Of a stretch of DNA of 64,000 bases, positions 42,001 through 50,179 are shown piece by piece. This DNA comes from a virus. The notes beneath the pieces are model-generated. The model ran no database searches. It worked only from the letters and a program-made list of their open reading frames with translations, and had not been told where the DNA came from. The stretch lies in IMG/VR virus record IMGVR_UViG_3300027833_000028, positions 24,599-88,598 of that record. One strand, 5' to 3'. Both the position numbers and the translations under genes were made by a program. The first letter of the stretch is position 1. Every line of letters begins with the position of its first letter.

Positions 42001-43892
42001 AAACTAAATTTGTTAGTGTAACTGATGAATTATTAGAAAGTGCTGTAGATAGTACAGCTGCACTGTCTGATAACCAAAGAATTCAAATCTTATATTTATT
42101 TAATAGAATTAATAAAATAAAAAAATGGTCAGCAAAAATGAGACCTGCAGTTACTTTATCTCAAGGGTTACCTAAAGATGTTCCTACAATTAAGAAAAAT
42201 ATAAAAGATCTTCAAGATTTATTTGGGCCTTTTGCTCAAGCAGATGTGAATGCTATTTTTAAAAGTAAAACTTGGCAGAGTAATAACCTTAAAATATTTT
42301 CTCAAATTTATCAAGAGCTATTACCAAACACTCTTTTAACAATGTCTCCAGAATTTGGTAAGATGTTAGATCCTGTATTAGAAAATTTAGATACTGATAG
42401 TGATGGATTTACATTTGAGTCTCAAGCACAAGTAGAACAAGATTTGCTTTCCTATCTTACAATTAAAAGTTACCAGCATTTATTAAACAATAGTTCAAGT
42501 AATGCTGCACCCGTAACAAATAATTTAATTTATCCAGGACCAATTAATACAACAGATTTATCTATTGTAAAAATGATTAGAGATGAAAAATTAAGAAGGT
42601 CAGAAAACAATGAAGAATCAAATTTCTTTTTAGATTCATTTGTTGGTACAGAATATGCAAATGACCAAGGGAATAATACAGGTTTAAACATAGCTACTTC
42701 AAATACATGGAGAAGATTGAATGCAGCAAATATGATTGACCTGCAAACATCTTTTGCTAAACTATACGGAGGGCTTGAAACAAGAGATTTAGCAGTATCC
42801 ATTCTACATTACATGATGATAAAAGATGGATTACAATTAAAGTATGGTAGTTTAATGAAAGCAATGAGTCCTTTTGTTATTGAAAAGTATCTTAACAATG
42901 TAAATACAGTTGAGCTAGCATTAAAACAAGTTGTTCCTTATGAAAAAGCATTTGGTTTAAGTTATGAAGATTTGGCAAATGAATTTAAAGAAGGTTATTT
43001 ACAATCTAATCCAGTAGGTCCATTGCTTAATAACTATGAAGTAGGTGACCTTAGAAATGGAACAGGTATATTAAACATAATTGAAGATTTTGATGCAGTC
43101 AAAAATGAATTTGTAATTATGGATGGTGCTTATGGAGAAGCTAAAACACCAAAAGATTATGTTAGGTTAGCTATACCAGGGAAAGTAGTTAGCTATAGAT
43201 TATTTAAACTAGACAATTTAAATGAGAAAACAGCAACATATAAAGAAGTTGCATCAATGGGATCTAATCAACAGTTTGCAGCTGGTTTTGTTGGTGGACC
43301 AAGATTAACTTACAAACAAACAAGGAGTACTAAAACTAATAATGATGTTGCAGGTGTTGCACCATCTGCACCAGCACAACAAACTAGTGAGTCAGCTGGT
43401 GCAAGTGTTGGTACTGATGCTAAAGCTACACAAGAAAAACAAGATGTGTTAAGAACTCCAGGAGCAATTGTTGAAGTCACAAACAAAAGTGTTGTTGTAA
43501 AAGAAGATCCTGATGCACCTGCAGTTAATATAGCTGACCCAGCAAAAGCACTAGAAGCCTTGTCTAAGTTAACTGCAAGTGGTACCTTTGACGAAGCAGC
43601 TAATGCCAATATTGAAAACAATTCTCAGCAGTTAGATGCTCCAACTGATGAACAACAAAGTGAAGCTGATATTTTAAAAGAAGATCTTAAACAATCAGAA
43701 GAAGTTGCTGAAGCTGAAAAATTAGAAGATTGGTGGGAAGCTAATGTATCAGGTAATACAGAAGCAGAAAATAAAATGAAAGAGCAAGGTATGGCATCAT
43801 TGGAAGATGCACTACTTATATATGGTGATTTATTTTCACAAACCACGTTGGGAGAACAAGAATTAATAGAAAGACTTAAATGTTTTTTATAA
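30093..43892 (+). CDS. Giant virion-packaged DNA-dependent RNA polymerase (crAss-like two-barrel RNAP) fused to a zincin-like metallopeptidase
   Basis: Catalytic SGADFDIDK (DxDxD at 40953-40967) preceded by RIPTQ; DSADAQ and KKYVY..IKMS motifs; HEAFH at 36525-36539 with downstream EEYMAD; hydrophobic Gly/Ala-rich N-terminal segments. Confidence 0.88.
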   Translation: MENESKTPLQELNQASLRPAPSVIPDGQFRFEPIEELFETPEEKFNDYAMSGNLAADDISGVNLVKSDIDKYGIGAMASLGIADPGTATDTYNPIKQNRPDSNENTFSMTKRLLTLDDTPVSEKKVAPAFSGMRQTQFMRYYEHPEFNNLGYSPYANMENYYNENSTIYDDMARMRGNWWSLVGTGLDSVYGSMFSGGDFLEPDLESATAFEDKMGIMSSTRGGFGGFVNNLAANSAYTGGILISIAAEELILAGVTALSGGTAAPVTIAKTGANVVKGAKAIFSFTKMFEKTRKILSKAKEIETARDFWVAANGGRKMVAGALKKGFTPNTYKAFKEIKTAKNAGQNMSNLAKMNLKFGGFYRDMRAVNLAASEAKLEAGMAYNQVLKNGMNNYSAANGGKSVDEYEMSRISNAANKAAFKTMIANAPLIYASNWLVLGNALGGFQRGVQNTLGSAFGKGITKNVINTAGKKVVDAAGKVIKNPFKYLGGKEAGFLGLKRLGAKIKAAGGWKSVAGSGSIVMLDYFAANVAEGIQEVSQEAISAATVGYYTEILQNPAQGGVALQNQMILSAMGDQFSSEGAGVFMSGFLMGGLVQPVQSVFMQGVPSVFKYGLQEAGIGLATKKQKETYAEFRKTKDEMIERIVDSYNKSWNSQAIDPSELFDVNRLNFMVQKEMAEKMKDSTYRQDFFGFKDAADNAKFQQFYTMFETNGTQNFRNQLQGFLEMSDTEMIEAFPGVSKKDQKDGKLRQRINDTIIQMDKMEENYNKLKDKFINPFDETKYNRKTQEKEYINELVNRAGYDHARYLYMFTNQGFMSAVERADGIYSKLQAEPLFQKMAASDITTLLDPASIEREIIILEQEIEAFEGTPEGAATAASPKKEKINRLKAIQKIVNDPKNRFKNGTFKRNKALKDSLRSEFKNYVRFLAKNEGSFINEDNIDSALTDIVDYYALNNRAKVYDKAIEFMNNPEKFAEMVARSQALSKNRLDGRIKETKAALEKYTDIILANQLVNDLTKDPIGAYADEGQMALFLQTGDSRFLINFYDENGEIIEGVHDVKYKMIQRLIEVYNSTRSDQTTEKDLTEDQKEDAKVNDVENQKSDIEMMLENAGIELSVDTITISPYLDEVLRNAYRKYKARMAASGKPSLSAQEWKSTAEALDLKNVFNAIKQVWAAGAMTQNPAGETLFTSPIEQSLVDSDTGFKEFLSTPKQQLLAENPLITSILNQTTITLDDIFEQPNVADNTEVAGGVDPVGEGVVADLYKREVKTSGEETIIIYELLDKKGNKLSPEILDFVDEQFDSLRGTFNESQATEAYEALKAIDSQAPDSTPFEFDGVDGLFYGMTIYKGSEKYIIIQKPNKSKTFGKNQKLRVIKASNNVGPISERKFEYIKQGEFSNVFTQEEITMDVLDDTVSKLDVNSLLSPYAHANRADTKGMSEDAIASMMTSQNAEGKERLKIILKELTTEEREQLEFVVYANPSPTTVNDYVIRNMSGVEYKSANPLIKRYSSEYVIGIRINNTVTQERINAKLIEQKVDPSDSPDGIFAYMNNASFLIKDQLTGADVDPRTMNLRQAQNVMYSAFGKTITTEEQLKEIQKAFILNSIITTTFNNLGVDGEKQFFGINDLPFNIDLNQKGGRTVYSNGNPVFIEALDYQYADENNNYFVFDLKYDKGVGGRIYNYSSTAEDSVALEKQILLQLEKQGINKDTMLAGKDRYLAAVKLPNGQYRLVNLKAVSYTKIERDALFVEIIDKSKEIQKIKDAAKRQAAAFKYNEELQEKLFLSSARGNQIELNIGEDGSIYLSLDRTVGEENEKIANEGIDTDVVNSDTDAVKIIEGLFTKYNSNEAVNDYDAKIRDKNIRKSFPTGAPTQDIIDKSTTEVAIQVATDNSLVLSAEADAINAQRAVAFASIKPKNEDRRVEDEAALPEIAEEAEDSTADMSDDEIQKRVDNDFNSNPLGIEHIINKELRGEELNDAEKKMMNNPVIANGVNIRVSLAGGRGSLVPEGKTKETSLDKEKAKLKALRDKLIEGKKGVDKIDALDKSPEYQKQLALVKKLSKTANKLVEATTETERIEDYNEFLDWANESLPSIIGIEDILTLADNGISKGYKRVGAFVLDIHQVAGGVSVNGTVYVGANNPFKYHEAFHGVFRMLLTQEQIDRYRKFAKIELKAKYGSQYKTELEKFRTSAKQYEDMSDLELENEFAEEYMADEFEAFKKDPRSSKTNTEIKSFFTKIIEWIKGVLGKYTSNELLTLYENIDAGKFKSATLQQNEFTSLAGITVANALVRHDVVSKDEDVSGFLYLDSDVVDPLIRSMAGMFITKVNKIEEATYNPNDVYNDLSRDFRVLLDPDDPSNKILGPGKVKQLQELEDAFTNYPEDIKKEVFGLINIISDQDSQNELNSEIEEDGTGVRKADEFDKDASEIGGFNSLAQKVRAYIATTTMVGVDFFGKTELKDGVPLIVPVKFNEAYNGLLKAVSNISDPIVMLRRMYTYSRLNPNMSSVVDKLFNDANLDLDTLASDTPFINVSNPNLLQSMLKGFENYKVDYLFNERDGAGNILIYTASERDDINAQLDEWSQAYIFKRKQMNLDASGSRIEDLLGLVKNMENILGSKTKNKSNEATQKLAVEHSEKLFELTGIRLSPMFLNYSYVKTFDYSKLDAEQKILYNSYSIEPISEQFLVTLYDLMYKDSNIFSKKSDGMASRLTYISLSNAALDESIGASSFINPNGDLVYGHQLPTYHLKAVAQLNNSNILDKFSADKYLDRNYLLNNVAFLNLSDQGRIKVTRIAGSKIKSVVSTDLNNDAQEDILNTSLNDSRSTQSFGEFTPQEFAVSLINNYVANFNRRSGKNDMVDGVGQIPTATAPVFLRVMEAANTGDLVSLPIIKAVTMKGDNVELTPQLVNAFINRIASEFERINREAIAFEEFGDNIAGYNDSMQGRAFSFVNTGLLLDPLTQQTLANVAITAGKAKQEMTFEQGVKLALGISTSGIRAEVENGLNEAFAGFDAMLNKLQVKNNLSTQVRQGLTIGEGVARTMVDIAGSQLNLNTNESHNLQQIFFNNWINAASINDLLLGDQAVSLQSMIDKVKRAKLNNSAYYSASSLLVAPELGITHASTNFDMYAFDEIQEVSSLTGNNIDSADAQAYITTKGSRYATFAFGRLSPSMAGMYDTLDRGEAPTSDDVFGTSENPIGFAKKQDLINSKKYVYMDGKTAIKMSVTVLTKEYTSNYNAALGKWEAKPTMKQLHYLREQMEANEDANNNFAMAAPLSAVKMMKSNINKLNDDFSGFDTSQNLTSTNLRTEYLGLQVVQPSNKMEITDMTQIKDIITSEQDDLVEIPGMGLNEKGQVMRVGDVRRLYNEAISKRVTLKYKNKRNLIFTFDTALDEFKLSKKKGAITPNLAAFLNYAQGSLKASGSASNLLEFFATEGGEQKYNLNNPFTAKKYEQLFLSYFSKGTLREKIPGTSLALVSSFGTRYYRMVYEVKNGIPVRSEIIRQTQWKGGDAVETMPGDGVYPNGQVVIDVLRTGLMDYTDPTDPSTSTGERYSEVVMPAMDKNVMDLIANTDAKIPDAISKMFGVRIPTQDKHSAVNMKVVDFMPAYYGSSAIFPKELVEVSGADFDIDKVYAKIKEYYLDSKNNFVAYGKGDPYTEYVLNINKLTAKEGTTYNSAAKLFNNDEIAIRLENSLTPSEMNRLTDPDGANRFTEDSLRAALVLGLPSTKAKFDKYVKKHGTPNEAILNNDILDYNYALAGNTGMTGTELSMQENKSDLPIAYQAADIEVLKTAFDELVNNENIQLFKDRQDSPIDIDTLTGMIQSFEANKGSAIGAVVLPNAYLNLLTEYKIELFKEVRIGNNKYPGFGGKLINGERKQDIISSLVTMETDNAKERFIAKLGLNRHAVGMAANMTSLGIPLKTTLLLLNSAEVRDLYNLSMNKKDKMDPGLDDLLERRIGSLDANIKAEADRTGKKTKFVSVTDELLESAVDSTAALSDNQRIQILYLFNRINKIKKWSAKMRPAVTLSQGLPKDVPTIKKNIKDLQDLFGPFAQADVNAIFKSKTWQSNNLKIFSQIYQELLPNTLLTMSPEFGKMLDPVLENLDTDSDGFTFESQAQVEQDLLSYLTIKSYQHLLNNSSSNAAPVTNNLIYPGPINTTDLSIVKMIRDEKLRRSENNEESNFFLDSFVGTEYANDQGNNTGLNIATSNTWRRLNAANMIDLQTSFAKLYGGLETRDLAVSILHYMMIKDGLQLKYGSLMKAMSPFVIEKYLNNVNTVELALKQVVPYEKAFGLSYEDLANEFKEGYLQSNPVGPLLNNYEVGDLRNGTGILNIIEDFDAVKNEFVIMDGAYGEAKTPKDYVRLAIPGKVVSYRLFKLDNLNEKTATYKEVASMGSNQQFAAGFVGGPRLTYKQTRSTKTNNDVAGVAPSAPAQQTSESAGASVGTDAKATQEKQDVLRTPGAIVEVTNKSVVVKEDPDAPAVNIADPAKALEALSKLTASGTFDEAANANIENNSQQLDAPTDEQQSEADILKEDLKQSEEVAEAEKLEDWWEANVSGNTEAENKMKEQGMASLEDALLIYGDLFSQTTLGEQELIERLKCFL

Positions 43893-43906
43893 TAAAAAAA
43901 TAAGAG

Positions 43907-46900
43907 ATGGCTAAATGTTATAATAGAAATGATGCTGCATATCTAGCATTAAAAGATATTTATAAAACTGATCTAAAAACTTCTCAGGTAATTAGTAATT
44001 GGCAAGAAGCAAATGATTCTGACATTTTTCCAAGTGCTGTACAGGCTAAGTCAATGGTTTCTGATCAAGAGATTGTTTTTAGTTTAAAGCAAAAAGAATT
44101 TGGTCAAGCAGTTTTAGATAATGTAAGACGTGAAAAAATAGGTAGCAGGCTAGCTGGTCAATTTTTAATTAATAACTCTAATCCTGAGACATTATTATAT
44201 GATGAATCCTTTCTTGAAAATAATCTGAAAAGGTTCTATAGATATTTAGAAATAAATAATATAGATGAATCATCATTTAAAGTAACAAGAACAAATCAAA
44301 GCTATAAGATTGAACCAATCAATAGTGCATTTGGTAGAAGAGACATTTTAGAAAAGTCAAGATCATGGGATACTAATAGATCAAGAGCTGTAGTAATGCA
44401 TCTTAAAAGAATGTTTCCACAGGTAAATGTAAAAATGTTATCTGTAGCAGAAGCTAGAATATTACATGAATCCCTACCAAAGTATAATAAAAAAGATGTT
44501 GGTTTTGACAACGTAAAATCTTTCTATTACAATGGCACAGCATATCTGATTAAAGGTAGAGTAACTGATGAAATAGCAATTGAAGAAATGTTGCATCCTT
44601 TTATAGATGCAATAAAAATGGAAAATGAAGAACTGTTTAATAATTTATTAGATGAAGCAGTAACTAACTTTCCTGAATTATCTGAGGAAATTAAAGATGC
44701 ATACAATAATCAATCTAGAAACTTCAGTGAAACTGAAAGGGACTTAGAAATTGTAACGCAAGCTTTAGCCAGACACTTCAAAAAAGAATATGAGACAACT
44801 CCTACCAAAGGATTTTTAGATAAGATTGCTGAATTATTAGAATGGTTTAAAAGTGTTATAGAAAATTTAAGTGAATACTTAACAGGTAAACAATTACCAG
44901 TATCAGCAATTAAAGCTACTACATCTATGAGTGATATAGCTAAGTTATTGAATACAGAAGGTATACAGTTTAAATTAGAGAAGAGAGTCAACGGTAATGT
45001 AAGGTATAACTTAACTAAGCAAAAGGCTAAAGAATTAAAGGCTGCAAGAGCTGAAGCCAATAATGTACAAAAGCCAATATTAGATCAACTATATAATCTT
45101 GCTCAACTTGCAGATCAAGAAATACATCAATTTTCTGTATCTGAAAAGAATGCTGCAGCTGGTGATACACTTGTGGTTTTGAATGAGGAAGATCATGTAT
45201 ACTATAATCCTAATAAAACTAAAGATATATACACCTCAGCTACAACAGCTATTAAAGGAACATTACCTGAAGATAAACAAATAGCACATAAGATTAATTT
45301 GGATATTGGTAATGAAATAGATACTCTTTTAGAAGGTGTTATTGGTGGTTTATCATTTGATGCATCATTTAAAAATTTAACAACTGACAATGTATCCAAA
45401 GAAAAAGCAAAAGAAGTTTTTGATACGTTGGATACTATAATACAAAACTTTAAAGATCAAGGGTCTATTGTTTTATCACAAGTAGTATTGTTTGATGAAG
45501 CAACAAAGATAGCCGGTATGGCTGATATATTTATTATAGATGAATATGGGAGAGTGCAAATTCTAGATTTAAAAACAAGTAAGAACAATCTAGATGATGT
45601 AAATGATGATGGCATTAGAAAATATAAAGTTAAATATCCTTTAGCAGCTGATAGTAAACTTATACAATATGGTGTCACAGAACTAAATACAGAAGCTCAA
45701 CATAATTTACAAGTTGCTTTGTATAGAAGAATGATTGAGAACATGGGCTATGAGGTATCTTATCATGAATGGTCTATGGCAACTATTCACTTTAATGTTG
45801 GAATAGAAGGTTACGGAGTTGATCAGGTTTTTAACGGTGAAGTAAACTATGACAGAATATATGCACACCCTATCTCAACTCAATTAGATAAGGTAAACAA
45901 GTTAATACCCATATCTAAAAACTCTGCTAAACAAGAATCATTGTCCAAAAAGCAACGTGATGCTTATAATAAAATTTGGAATGGTAAAGATCAAACAACT
46001 GAAACCACAGAGCAAGATAAAACTGATGCAGAAAATTTTACTGAATATAATATTGCTGCTGGTTTACTAGAAGACTACATGGGTAAGCTTATTGCTAAAA
46101 GAGATTTAATCCCTTTAGTAAAGAATAGTATTTATATCCAGTCTACTCAGAAAAAAGAGATTGATCAAATTTCAAAAACTATAGCATACATTGCAATAGC
46201 CTTATCTGAAGATGCGGGTCAACAGTCTGTTGTTTTATCTGAGGTATTACAAGATGCTCTAGCACAAATAAAAGAGTTTAGATCTTTTATGGAAGATCCT
46301 AACAATATAACAAAGCCAGAATATTTATCATATGCACTACACTTTGAAAAATATCTAGAAACATTTAAAGGTCTTTATGAATTGACAGATCTGGTTGGGT
46401 TAAACAACACACAGAAAAATTTAATTTTATCTTTACAAACACAACTAAATGCATTAAGAGGATCCAAGGGAAGTAGAGGTATAGTTGATGATGCGTTATA
46501 TGATTACGTACAAGAGCAAGTAAGAACAAAGTCTAGTAATAACTACGGAGGAGAAGGAAGTTACTTTACCAAAGAAGATTTAGACTTAGTAATGGAGTTT
46601 GCACAAGATATAGATGGTGTTGAATACCAAACTAGAGATATGGATACTTCAGGTGATGTAATGTTATCTGTTATGGCTAAAATAAGAAAGATACAAACTC
46701 AGAAACTTTTAGATAAGGTTGCTCAAAGAGAAGACATAATTAGAAGTCTTGCTCAAAAACTTGTCAAGCTTAATCCAGGGGTACCTTTAAATGAGCTCTA
46801 TGACTTTATGTTAGAGTTTGTTGATGTTGACGGAGTTAAAACCTTTAGTGGTAATTATGTAACAGCAATAGGTAATAAATATAATATAAAGCAAGATCAA

Positions 46901-49678
46901 CTAAGATCTGTATTGAGTGATAATGAGGGTACTTGGTATCAATATAGACCGGTATTTAATTTAGATGATGCAATGAAGACACCTCAAGGTAGAGCAGATT
47001 TAAAGTATAATCAAGACCTAGCAGATAAAAAAGCAGCATACAGTCAGTTCTTTAGAGCAGAAGCAAAAGATGATGAAGGTAGGCTTATAGATGGTATGTA
47101 TCACAAATATACACAGGAGTTTAAAGATGTAAGATCCAGATATGAAATGTGGAATCCTGGTGGTAGTACATCTGAGACAGGATACTGGAAAAGAAAAGCA
47201 GGTATTCCACAAGCTGATTGGATTACATACCGTGCTAGATACTATGATAGAATTCCTTATACAAAAGCCAATAGAGTTAACGGTGTAGCAGATGGAACTA
47301 TTCAAATTAAAGAAAATAGTTTTGATGTTCCTAAAGTTGAGAATAGAGAAGTGGTATTAGAACCACGTAATGGTGATAGTATGTCAAACCCTAAGTACAA
47401 TTCAATAATGGATCCTACTAAGACTGATGCACTTTCTATAGCACAAAGGGAATTTTATAAGATGTATGTTGATATGTATGAAAAGGATCTACTTAAAAAA
47501 ATCCCAATTGGTGTAGCAGCAGACATGCTGGGTAGAGCTCCTTTAGTAATGAATAGATTACTTGATCAAGTAAGTAGAAAGGGTACTACATATAGTAAGC
47601 TCTATGCTAAAGCTGTAAGGTCTAAAGCATTTAATATGTTTAAGACAACTCAACAACAAAAGAATATACAAGTAGATAACCAAGGGTATATAATAAATCA
47701 ACTTCCAATTTACTATACAGGAAGGCCAAGAACAGATGAAGAAAGAGAAAGTGTTCAAAGAGATATTGATGTACTAAAAGAAAAGTACAAGAGTAATAAA
47801 ATAACTAGAGACGAGTATAAAGATAAGGTTGCAATTCTCAATGGTAAAATGGCTAAGATAATGGCTACTCCAGCATTAGGTCAAATAGATACTGATATGG
47901 CATCTAGCTTATTAAAGTTTAGTGCTATGGCAGAAAACTTTGAAACAATGGGTCAAATAGATGATACTCTAAATGCTTTTGTAAAGGTAATAGAAAACAG
48001 AACTTATAGCCCTGCCCCAACAACAGGCCTAACTTTATTGAGTAGAGGAAAAGATAAGATTATAAGTAATGTTGGAACTAAAGCAAACCGAACAGAGCAG
48101 CAAAAAAATGTTGTAAGAAGAGCAAAGAAGTTTATGTCTATGATTCATTATGATAATGAATTAGTAACTAAAGGAGCTTTTGATAAAATAGCAGATGGTA
48201 TAATTCAGTTTTCTTCTTTGTCTTATGTAGCATTTAATCCATTTGGTAACTTTAATAACTACTTAATAGGTAGATTAAATAACAACGTAGAATCTTTAGG
48301 AGGTAGATTTTATTCTAATAGTGCATTTAAAAGAGCAACTTGGGAATTTAATAAGAGAGCATTGCCGGCATTAGTTCAAAGAACAGCACATGGTGGTGCA
48401 GAAGATTTACTTGACGTAGTAACATTAGGAGTTATACCTGGCTTAGCTAAGGCAGATTATAATAAAAAACTACCTAACAATAAATATGAAGGCTTTGTAG
48501 ATTCATATAGAATGATGGATAGTATGACAGACATACGTGAACAATCTTCAGCAACTGATGATGGAAAAAGTTGGTTCCAAAGAGCTACTGAATGGGGTTA
48601 TATAATGCAAGATGCTGCTGAATATAATTCACAGACTAAAGTAGGAATGGCTATATTAATGGATTATATGATTGAAGATGATAATGGAAATTCATTGTCA
48701 TTATTTGATGCTATGGATTTTGATACTAAGTCCCATAAAAATGTTATGAAAGAAGGTTATCATATCTTAGTTAAGAAAGATGGTACAAAGGTGGAATGGT
48801 CAGATGACATGAGGTATGAAATAAGAAATGAAATTAGAGAAGTTAACAAGCAAATTCATGGTAACTATGCTAAAGAAGATAGGATGGTTTTACAGTCTCA
48901 TACTTTAGGAGCCCTTGCAGTTCAATTTAAAAAGTGGGTTGCTCCTGCAATTAGAGCAAGATACCAAAGAGAATACTTTGATCAAAACTTAGGTTGGATG
49001 GAAGGTAGGTATAAATCTGCTTTGAGTTTTATAAACTATGCAATGAGAGAAGTGTTTGTTAATCAAAACCTTCATTTTAAAACAATGGGTAAAGATTATA
49101 TGGATGCCCAAGTAAACTATTACAGTAAAGAAAAATATGGTGTAGAAAGAAAATATGGTGAAGGTGGTAACATGGATCAAAGAGCAAAAAATAAATTGTT
49201 TGGCTTTTATAGATCTATGGGTGAACTAGGTATAATGTTTAGTGTGATGTTTGTGTCAATGTTATTTGATAGAATTCTAAGAGGTGATGATGATGATAGT
49301 GATTTTGAAAAAAGACTTAAGAACTTAACAAGATATCAAGCAGATAGAGCTTATAAAGAATTAGTATTATTTATGCCTTCTTTTGCTGGTGCAAAACAAA
49401 TTGACCAAATGGCAAACTCACCTATTGCTTCAGCTAGATCTGTAACAGAAATGTCTGAGTTTTTGGAAATGTTTATTGTTGGAAATGCTAGATATGGCCT
49501 ATCAAAAGTAACTGGAAATGAAGAAGAGTTTTTATCAAACTCATCATATGTATATCAGAGAGGTGATAGAAAAGGTGAATTTAAAGTTCATAAAAACTTC
49601 AGGGATGTGTTTCCAATAGTCTATTCAATTCAAAAATGGAAGTCATATATTAAAAATGCTGATTTCTATATTAAATAA
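43907..49678 (+). CDS. Large virion protein with degenerate zincin-like motif and PD-(D/E)xK nuclease-like domain
   Basis: IEEMLHPF; AGMADIF...ILDLKTSK...HNLQVALY (~45510-45725); hydrophobic segment near the C-terminus. Confidence 0.7.
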   Translation: MAKCYNRNDAAYLALKDIYKTDLKTSQVISNWQEANDSDIFPSAVQAKSMVSDQEIVFSLKQKEFGQAVLDNVRREKIGSRLAGQFLINNSNPETLLYDESFLENNLKRFYRYLEINNIDESSFKVTRTNQSYKIEPINSAFGRRDILEKSRSWDTNRSRAVVMHLKRMFPQVNVKMLSVAEARILHESLPKYNKKDVGFDNVKSFYYNGTAYLIKGRVTDEIAIEEMLHPFIDAIKMENEELFNNLLDEAVTNFPELSEEIKDAYNNQSRNFSETERDLEIVTQALARHFKKEYETTPTKGFLDKIAELLEWFKSVIENLSEYLTGKQLPVSAIKATTSMSDIAKLLNTEGIQFKLEKRVNGNVRYNLTKQKAKELKAARAEANNVQKPILDQLYNLAQLADQEIHQFSVSEKNAAAGDTLVVLNEEDHVYYNPNKTKDIYTSATTAIKGTLPEDKQIAHKINLDIGNEIDTLLEGVIGGLSFDASFKNLTTDNVSKEKAKEVFDTLDTIIQNFKDQGSIVLSQVVLFDEATKIAGMADIFIIDEYGRVQILDLKTSKNNLDDVNDDGIRKYKVKYPLAADSKLIQYGVTELNTEAQHNLQVALYRRMIENMGYEVSYHEWSMATIHFNVGIEGYGVDQVFNGEVNYDRIYAHPISTQLDKVNKLIPISKNSAKQESLSKKQRDAYNKIWNGKDQTTETTEQDKTDAENFTEYNIAAGLLEDYMGKLIAKRDLIPLVKNSIYIQSTQKKEIDQISKTIAYIAIALSEDAGQQSVVLSEVLQDALAQIKEFRSFMEDPNNITKPEYLSYALHFEKYLETFKGLYELTDLVGLNNTQKNLILSLQTQLNALRGSKGSRGIVDDALYDYVQEQVRTKSSNNYGGEGSYFTKEDLDLVMEFAQDIDGVEYQTRDMDTSGDVMLSVMAKIRKIQTQKLLDKVAQREDIIRSLAQKLVKLNPGVPLNELYDFMLEFVDVDGVKTFSGNYVTAIGNKYNIKQDQLRSVLSDNEGTWYQYRPVFNLDDAMKTPQGRADLKYNQDLADKKAAYSQFFRAEAKDDEGRLIDGMYHKYTQEFKDVRSRYEMWNPGGSTSETGYWKRKAGIPQADWITYRARYYDRIPYTKANRVNGVADGTIQIKENSFDVPKVENREVVLEPRNGDSMSNPKYNSIMDPTKTDALSIAQREFYKMYVDMYEKDLLKKIPIGVAADMLGRAPLVMNRLLDQVSRKGTTYSKLYAKAVRSKAFNMFKTTQQQKNIQVDNQGYIINQLPIYYTGRPRTDEERESVQRDIDVLKEKYKSNKITRDEYKDKVAILNGKMAKIMATPALGQIDTDMASSLLKFSAMAENFETMGQIDDTLNAFVKVIENRTYSPAPTTGLTLLSRGKDKIISNVGTKANRTEQQKNVVRRAKKFMSMIHYDNELVTKGAFDKIADGIIQFSSLSYVAFNPFGNFNNYLIGRLNNNVESLGGRFYSNSAFKRATWEFNKRALPALVQRTAHGGAEDLLDVVTLGVIPGLAKADYNKKLPNNKYEGFVDSYRMMDSMTDIREQSSATDDGKSWFQRATEWGYIMQDAAEYNSQTKVGMAILMDYMIEDDNGNSLSLFDAMDFDTKSHKNVMKEGYHILVKKDGTKVEWSDDMRYEIRNEIREVNKQIHGNYAKEDRMVLQSHTLGALAVQFKKWVAPAIRARYQREYFDQNLGWMEGRYKSALSFINYAMREVFVNQNLHFKTMGKDYMDAQVNYYSKEKYGVERKYGEGGNMDQRAKNKLFGFYRSMGELGIMFSVMFVSMLFDRILRGDDDDSDFEKRLKNLTRYQADRAYKELVLFMPSFAGAKQIDQMANSPIASARSVTEMSEFLEMFIVGNARYGLSKVTGNEEEFLSNSSYVYQRGDRKGEFKVHKNFRDVFPIVYSIQKWKSYIKNADFYIK

Positions 49679-49734
49679 AATATCAGTTTTTGCTTGTTAA
49701 ATCACGGAATTTGTGTGATATATACATTAAAAAA

Positions 49735-49752
49735 GTGTATATTATTATATAG
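49735..49752 (+). promoter_or_regulatory. Candidate late promoter motif
   Basis: GTGTATATTATTATATAG upstream of ATG 49778. Confidence 0.4.
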
Positions 49753-49777
49753 GATACAAAGACATCTGAGAATAACT

Positions 49778-50179
49778 ATGAAAAATATATTGACAGTATT
49801 AGCAGTAATAATCCTAACGTTCTCATCTTGTGGTACATATAATATATCTACAAGCTATAAGATTAAAAGTATTTTGACAATAACAGAAAAAGGTGACACT
49901 CTTGCGGTGCCTGTTAGAGACTTTAAGTTTAGAATTCTTGATAATAGAATAAGAGAATTTATAAACCGTGATACTTATAGATACCAATACAGAGGAAACT
50001 GGCAGAACTGGACTTGGAATTATCACAGTGTTCCAAATGTTAATGTTAGACAAACATACAGTCCACCTGTAATGCATACAAGACCAGTAACAACACCAAT
50101 AATTAAACCAGTAAAGCCAATTAATGTTGTTACTCCTATAAGAGTACAAAAGAAAATTAAATTTAACAATGACAACTAA
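49778..50179 (+). CDS. Putative lipoprotein (start reassigned from 49694 to ATG 49778)
   Basis: MKNILTVLAVIILTFSS-C signal peptide with lipobox; Pro-rich C-terminus. Confidence 0.7.
   Translation: MKNILTVLAVIILTFSSCGTYNISTSYKIKSILTITEKGDTLAVPVRDFKFRILDNRIREFINRDTYRYQYRGNWQNWTWNYHSVPNVNVRQTYSPPVMHTRPVTTPIIKPVKPINVVTPIRVQKKIKFNNDN

Noticed and set aside
49694-49777. Longer start for the lipoprotein ORF (likewise the 53670 and 63589 starts in the ORF track)
   Set aside because: Downstream ATGs give a proper signal peptide or A-rich start context, and the extensions overlap promoter or hairpin elements
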